NCBI GenBank assembly: GCA_965261975.1
Contig: CBDHEC010000023.1
Location: 1-20,069, forward strand
Length of the DNA: 20,069 nt
Source of the DNA: Alphaproteobacteria bacterium
GTDB taxonomy: Bacteria > Pseudomonadota > Alphaproteobacteria > UBA6615
Direction: 5' to 3'
Shown here: positions 16,919 through 20,069 of the stretch, one piece after another
Numbering within the stretch: position 1 is the stretch's first letter
Layout of the letters: every line of letters begins with the position of its first letter
The notes under the pieces: generated by a model
Told to the model about the DNA's origin: nothing
What the model saw: only the letters and a program-made list of their open reading frames with translations
The model's database searches: none
Program-made: the position numbers and the translations under genes

Positions 16919-18199
16919 CTACCCACCCAACGGCAGCGCGTCGGCGCCGGCGAACACCGCGTCATCACCCAGTGACTCTTCGATCCGCAGGGCCTCGTTC
17001 CACTTGGCCAGGCGCTCGGAACGCGCAATGGAACCCACCTTCAGCTGGCCGGTGTTCCAGCCCGTCGCCAGGTGGACGATCATCGAGTCTTCGGTCTCGC
17101 CGGATCGCGCCGAGACGACCATGCCCCAGCCGGCTTCTTTGGCCGCCTCCATCGCATGGCGGGTCCGCGTGATCGTGCCGGCCTGGTTGGGTTTCAGCAA
17201 AACCGCGTTGCATTCCCTGTTACTGACCGCGGATGCGACACGCGCCGGATCGGTCACGAGGAAGTCGTCGCCGATGATCTGGACCCGATCCCCGACCGCG
17301 GCTGTAAAGGCCTGCATACCGTCGGGGTCATCCTCGCCCACCGGGTCCTCTATCGAGAGGATCGGATAGCGTTTGACCCATTCGCAAAGCGTGTCGATCC
17401 ATTCGCCGGTGTCGAACTCGCGATCCTCCAGCGCCAGCCGGTAGATGCCGTTCTCGCCGAACTCGGACGCGGCGATATCGAGCGAGATCATAACCTCGCC
17501 GTTCCGGTAGCCCGCCGCTTCGATCGCCTGGGTCAACCGGTCGAGCGCTTCCTCGTTGGTGGCGAAATTTGGCCACCAGCCACCCTCGTCGCAGACACCC
17601 GACAGGGCACCATGCTCTGCCATCAATGCACCCGCTGCCCGGTAGACCTCGGCGGTCATCACCATGGCCTCGTCGAAGCTCGCAGCCCCGACCGGCATGA
17701 TCAGGAAGTCCTGGATATCGACCCGACGACCGGCATGGGCCCCGCCGCCAAAGATCTGAATTTCCGGCAGCGGCATGCGCACCGGCGCGTCGCCCGCCAG
17801 ATAGCGCCAGAGCGGCACCCCATGCGCGTTCGCTGCCGCCGAAAGAGCCGCCATCGATGTCGCGATCGAGGCGTTGCCACCCAGCGCGCTGAAATTCTCC
17901 GTCCCATCGATTTCGGTAAGCGTGTCGTCGATATTCTCCTGATCGGCGGCGTCCAGGCCGATCAGCGCGTCGGCAATGGCCGTGTTGACGTTGCCGACGG
18001 CCCGCGAGACATCGAACCCACCCAAAAATTCGCCCCCGTCGCGCAGATCGATGGCCTCATACCGGCCCCGCGAGGCACCGGCCGGCGCCATCCCGCGCCC
18101 GCACGCGCCGCCGGCCAGGGTGACGTCCACTTCCACGGTCGGGCGACCGCGCGAATCCCAGATGCGGCGACCCCGGACAGCTTTGATCTCGGTTTTCAT
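16919..18199 (-). CDS. eno: Enolase (phosphopyruvate hydratase) homolog, divergent second-copy type
   Basis: IWDSRGRPTVEV, PAGASRG..EA, LGGNA..A.S.A, GGAHA, DEGG, LDIAASEF, SIEDP, GDDFLVT, LLKPNQAGT, SARSGETED, QLKVGS..RSERLAKWN..LRIEE. Start ATG 18199. Confidence 0.9.
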   Translation of the reverse strand: MKTEIKAVRGRRIWDSRGRPTVEVDVTLAGGACGRGMAPAGASRGRYEAIDLRDGGEFLGGFDVSRAVGNVNTAIADALIGLDAADQENIDDTLTEIDGTENFSALGGNASIATSMAALSAAANAHGVPLWRYLAGDAPVRMPLPEIQIFGGGAHAGRRVDIQDFLIMPVGAASFDEAMVMTAEVYRAAGALMAEHGALSGVCDEGGWWPNFATNEEALDRLTQAIEAAGYRNGEVMISLDIAASEFGENGIYRLALEDREFDTGEWIDTLCEWVKRYPILSIEDPVGEDDPDGMQAFTAAVGDRVQIIGDDFLVTDPARVASAVSNRECNAVLLKPNQAGTITRTRHAMEAAKEAGWGMVVSARSGETEDSMIVHLATGWNTGQLKVGSIARSERLAKWNEALRIEESLGDDAVFAGADALPLGG

Positions 18200-18477
18200 G
18201 GCGGCCTTGCCTGCGCAATCCAAAAGGTAAGAAACCGCAGAAGGTTTCATAGAGAAGCGAGCACGAGTCAATGGCGCGGCATAAAGCGCCCGCGCCTCGG
18301 GGATATCTGGCACCCTTCCGGTTCGCCTTTTCCTGCCCTGCAAGTGTATAAAAAGGGGAGCTGCATGGCGCACAAAGCAAAGCCTTGCGACTTCGTGTTG
18401 CTGGCTCCCTGAATGCGGGCCTTTGTCTGTCTAAGCGAAACAGAACTGGACTCATCCAACCTCAAAGGACATTTCCC

Positions 18478-19176
18478 ATGGCTGGTGAACACACAAACAT
18501 CCCCTCGCAAGACGGCGGCGCGATACCCACTTACATTTCCGTCCCTGAAAGCGGATCAGGCCCGGCGGTGGTCGTCATTGTGACGATCCGTGGCGTCAAA
18601 GATGACATGATCGACTATGTCGAAGACCTCGCATCAAAAGGTTTTTGCGTCGCGGCCCCCGATCCTTTCTGGCGCGACGAAGACCCCGGCGTTCTCCCTG
18701 GAAATGAAGACGGCATCAAGCGGGCCTTCGCGCGAATGGGGCGTGCAGACCACGACGTGAACATCCAGGACATCGCGTCGATCATGAGCCACTTGAAATC
18801 TCTGCCGCAATGCAACGGGAAAAGCGCCATCGTCGGATTTTGCTTTGGTGGTCTCTATGCCTTCCTGGGCGCAGCGCGGCTTGGCACCGACGCAGGGGTC
18901 GCATTCCACAGCGCGGGCATTAGTCCGCTTTTTGGCGAAATCGGTGAAATCGGCAATGCAAAACTGAGCTACCACTGGGGCGACAAGGACGCAGCAGCAC
19001 CGATGGAAGAGATCGAGCAAGTGAAAGAAGAGTTCGCAAAACTGGACGATGCTGAAGTCACGGTTTATCCCGGTGCCCTGCACGGATTCATGGAGCCCAC
19101 GAACCCGGATGCCTACGACAAGGAGGCGGCGGAGGCCTCCTGGAAGCGTTGCATCAAGGTTCTGCAGTCAATCTAG
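18478..19176 (+). CDS. Dienelactone hydrolase family protein
   Basis: GFCFGG (Cys nucleophile), WGDKD (Asp), YPGALHGF (His), AYDKEAAEASW. RBS AAAGGA precedes ATG 18478. Confidence 0.92.
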   Translation: MAGEHTNIPSQDGGAIPTYISVPESGSGPAVVVIVTIRGVKDDMIDYVEDLASKGFCVAAPDPFWRDEDPGVLPGNEDGIKRAFARMGRADHDVNIQDIASIMSHLKSLPQCNGKSAIVGFCFGGLYAFLGAARLGTDAGVAFHSAGISPLFGEIGEIGNAKLSYHWGDKDAAAPMEEIEQVKEEFAKLDDAEVTVYPGALHGFMEPTNPDAYDKEAAEASWKRCIKVLQSI

Positions 19177-19307
19177 GCGCGCCGAACATCAGCGATCATT
19201 CGGTCGCGCACCCCGCCCGCGGCAGGGTTGATCTGGTGCTGCGCACAACATCATGCGTAGGCCAAGTGCTGGGCTTGGCAAACACCCCGTCATAGGAAGC
19301 GCCCACA

Positions 19308-20069
19308 ATGCCACCATCAGGCTCATATGAGGGAAGTGATGCGTCTGTCCAGGCCGAAGGTTTACGCCGCATCGGCGAGGCCGTTCAGCGGATGGAAGAC
19401 ACGCGCTTCATCCAGGGACAGGGGCAGTATTCCGACGACATTAACCGCCCGGGCCAATGCTACTGCGCTTTCGTCCGCTCGCCAGTCGCGCACGGCGTCG
19501 TCCGCGCCATCGATGTCGCGGGTGCGCTCTCGACGGATGGTGTCATCGCGGCACTGACCGGCCGCGATTATGCCGATGACGGGTGTGGACCTATTCTGCA
19601 TCGCGCGATTGAGGGTGACCCAGCCAACTGGCAGCAGCCCGCATTCGGTGACGAGGATCCGGTGGCCATCGAAATTCCCCAATGGCCAATGCCTTTCGAC
19701 AAGGTTCGCCATGTCGGCGAACCCGTCGCCATGGTGATCGCCGAAAGCGTTGCCGCCGCAATTGAGGGTGCCGAGCGCGTCATCCCGGATATCGAGGAGC
19801 TGCCCCCGGTCGTGGACGTTCACCAGGCCGCCGCAGGGAACGCAACGCAGGTTCACGAATCCGCACCGCAGAACCTGTGCGTCCACGCCTTGCGCGGCGA
19901 CGCCGAGGCAACCGACACCGCATTGACCGGCGCCGACACCGTAGTGCGCGGCACCTTCAATGTGCCGCGCGTCGCCGGCGGCCAGATGGAGCCGCGCTCG
20001 GGGATTGGCGAATACGATGCCGCGAACGACCGGTTTACCGTCACCGCGGGCAACCAGGGCGTTCACCGC
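19308..20069 (+). CDS. Xanthine dehydrogenase / aerobic CO dehydrogenase-family molybdopterin-binding large subunit, 3' partial
   Basis: Not in the ORF track because it is open-ended. From ATG 19308 it reads ...IGEAVQRMEDTRFIQGQGQYSDD...FVRSPVAHG...KVRHVGEPVAMVIAES...QMEPRSGIGEYD...NQGVHR to the window end. Confidence 0.9.
   Translation, partial: MPPSGSYEGSDASVQAEGLRRIGEAVQRMEDTRFIQGQGQYSDDINRPGQCYCAFVRSPVAHGVVRAIDVAGALSTDGVIAALTGRDYADDGCGPILHRAIEGDPANWQQPAFGDEDPVAIEIPQWPMPFDKVRHVGEPVAMVIAESVAAAIEGAERVIPDIEELPPVVDVHQAAAGNATQVHESAPQNLCVHALRGDAEATDTALTGADTVVRGTFNVPRVAGGQMEPRSGIGEYDAANDRFTVTAGNQGVHR

Noticed and set aside
17072-18412. 446-aa plus-strand ORF
   Set aside because: Antisense shadow of the enolase gene; such open frames are common in GC-rich coding DNA and it has no recognisable motifs.
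19261-19279. Hairpin GCCAAG-N7-CTTGGC before the molybdoenzyme gene
   Set aside because: Short stem with no U-tract; I cannot distinguish it from chance.
19362-20066. 234-aa minus-strand ORF
   Set aside because: Antisense to the molybdopterin enzyme gene, which runs off the window on the plus strand.
19308-20069. Calling the gene a true CO dehydrogenase coxL
   Set aside because: The diagnostic AYXCSFR/AYXGAGR loop lies beyond the window, and no coxM/coxS is adjacent upstream.
1-20069. CRISPR arrays, tRNA/rRNA, IS elements, prophage or defence genes
   Set aside because: I saw no spaced repeats, RNA gene signatures, or transposase, integrase or nuclease motifs; nearly all sequence is explained by metabolic CDSs.

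Overview
GC-rich, densely coding window with alphaproteobacterial-looking genes, mostly catabolic and transport. I found no rRNA, tRNA, CRISPR array or mobile element. In order: a frameshifted 4,5-dihydroxyphthalate-decarboxylase-like gene (partial), GMC oxidoreductase, amidohydrolase-2, PPOX-type flavoprotein, Pmp3/YqaE membrane peptide, secreted M23 peptidase plus ricin-lectin pair (-), first Asp/Glu-racemase/maleate-isomerase/AMDase-fold gene, TRAP dctPQM (-), frameshifted epoxide hydrolase, a 40-aa unannotated ORF, DMT transporter, a decayed SLC5-STAC-histidine kinase (CrbS/CbrA-like), LLM monooxygenase, DUF924 (-), second AMDase-fold paralog, a divergent enolase (-), dienelactone hydrolase, and the 5' part of a CoxL/XdhB-like molybdoenzyme large subunit. 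Three observations stand out. (1) Two ~48% identical AMDase-fold paralogs both lack the family's catalytic cysteines and share new motifs at those positions. (2) The enolase has paired active-site substitutions (QE->QD, SHRS->SARS). (3) A readable deletion scar joins the 3' tail of a LivF-like gene to the 5'-truncated sensor kinase through an 11-bp stretch that fits both genes. Four +1 indels in short base runs look like sequencing errors; one creates a false 603-aa fusion ORF. All family calls come from motif recognition by eye, not database searches.
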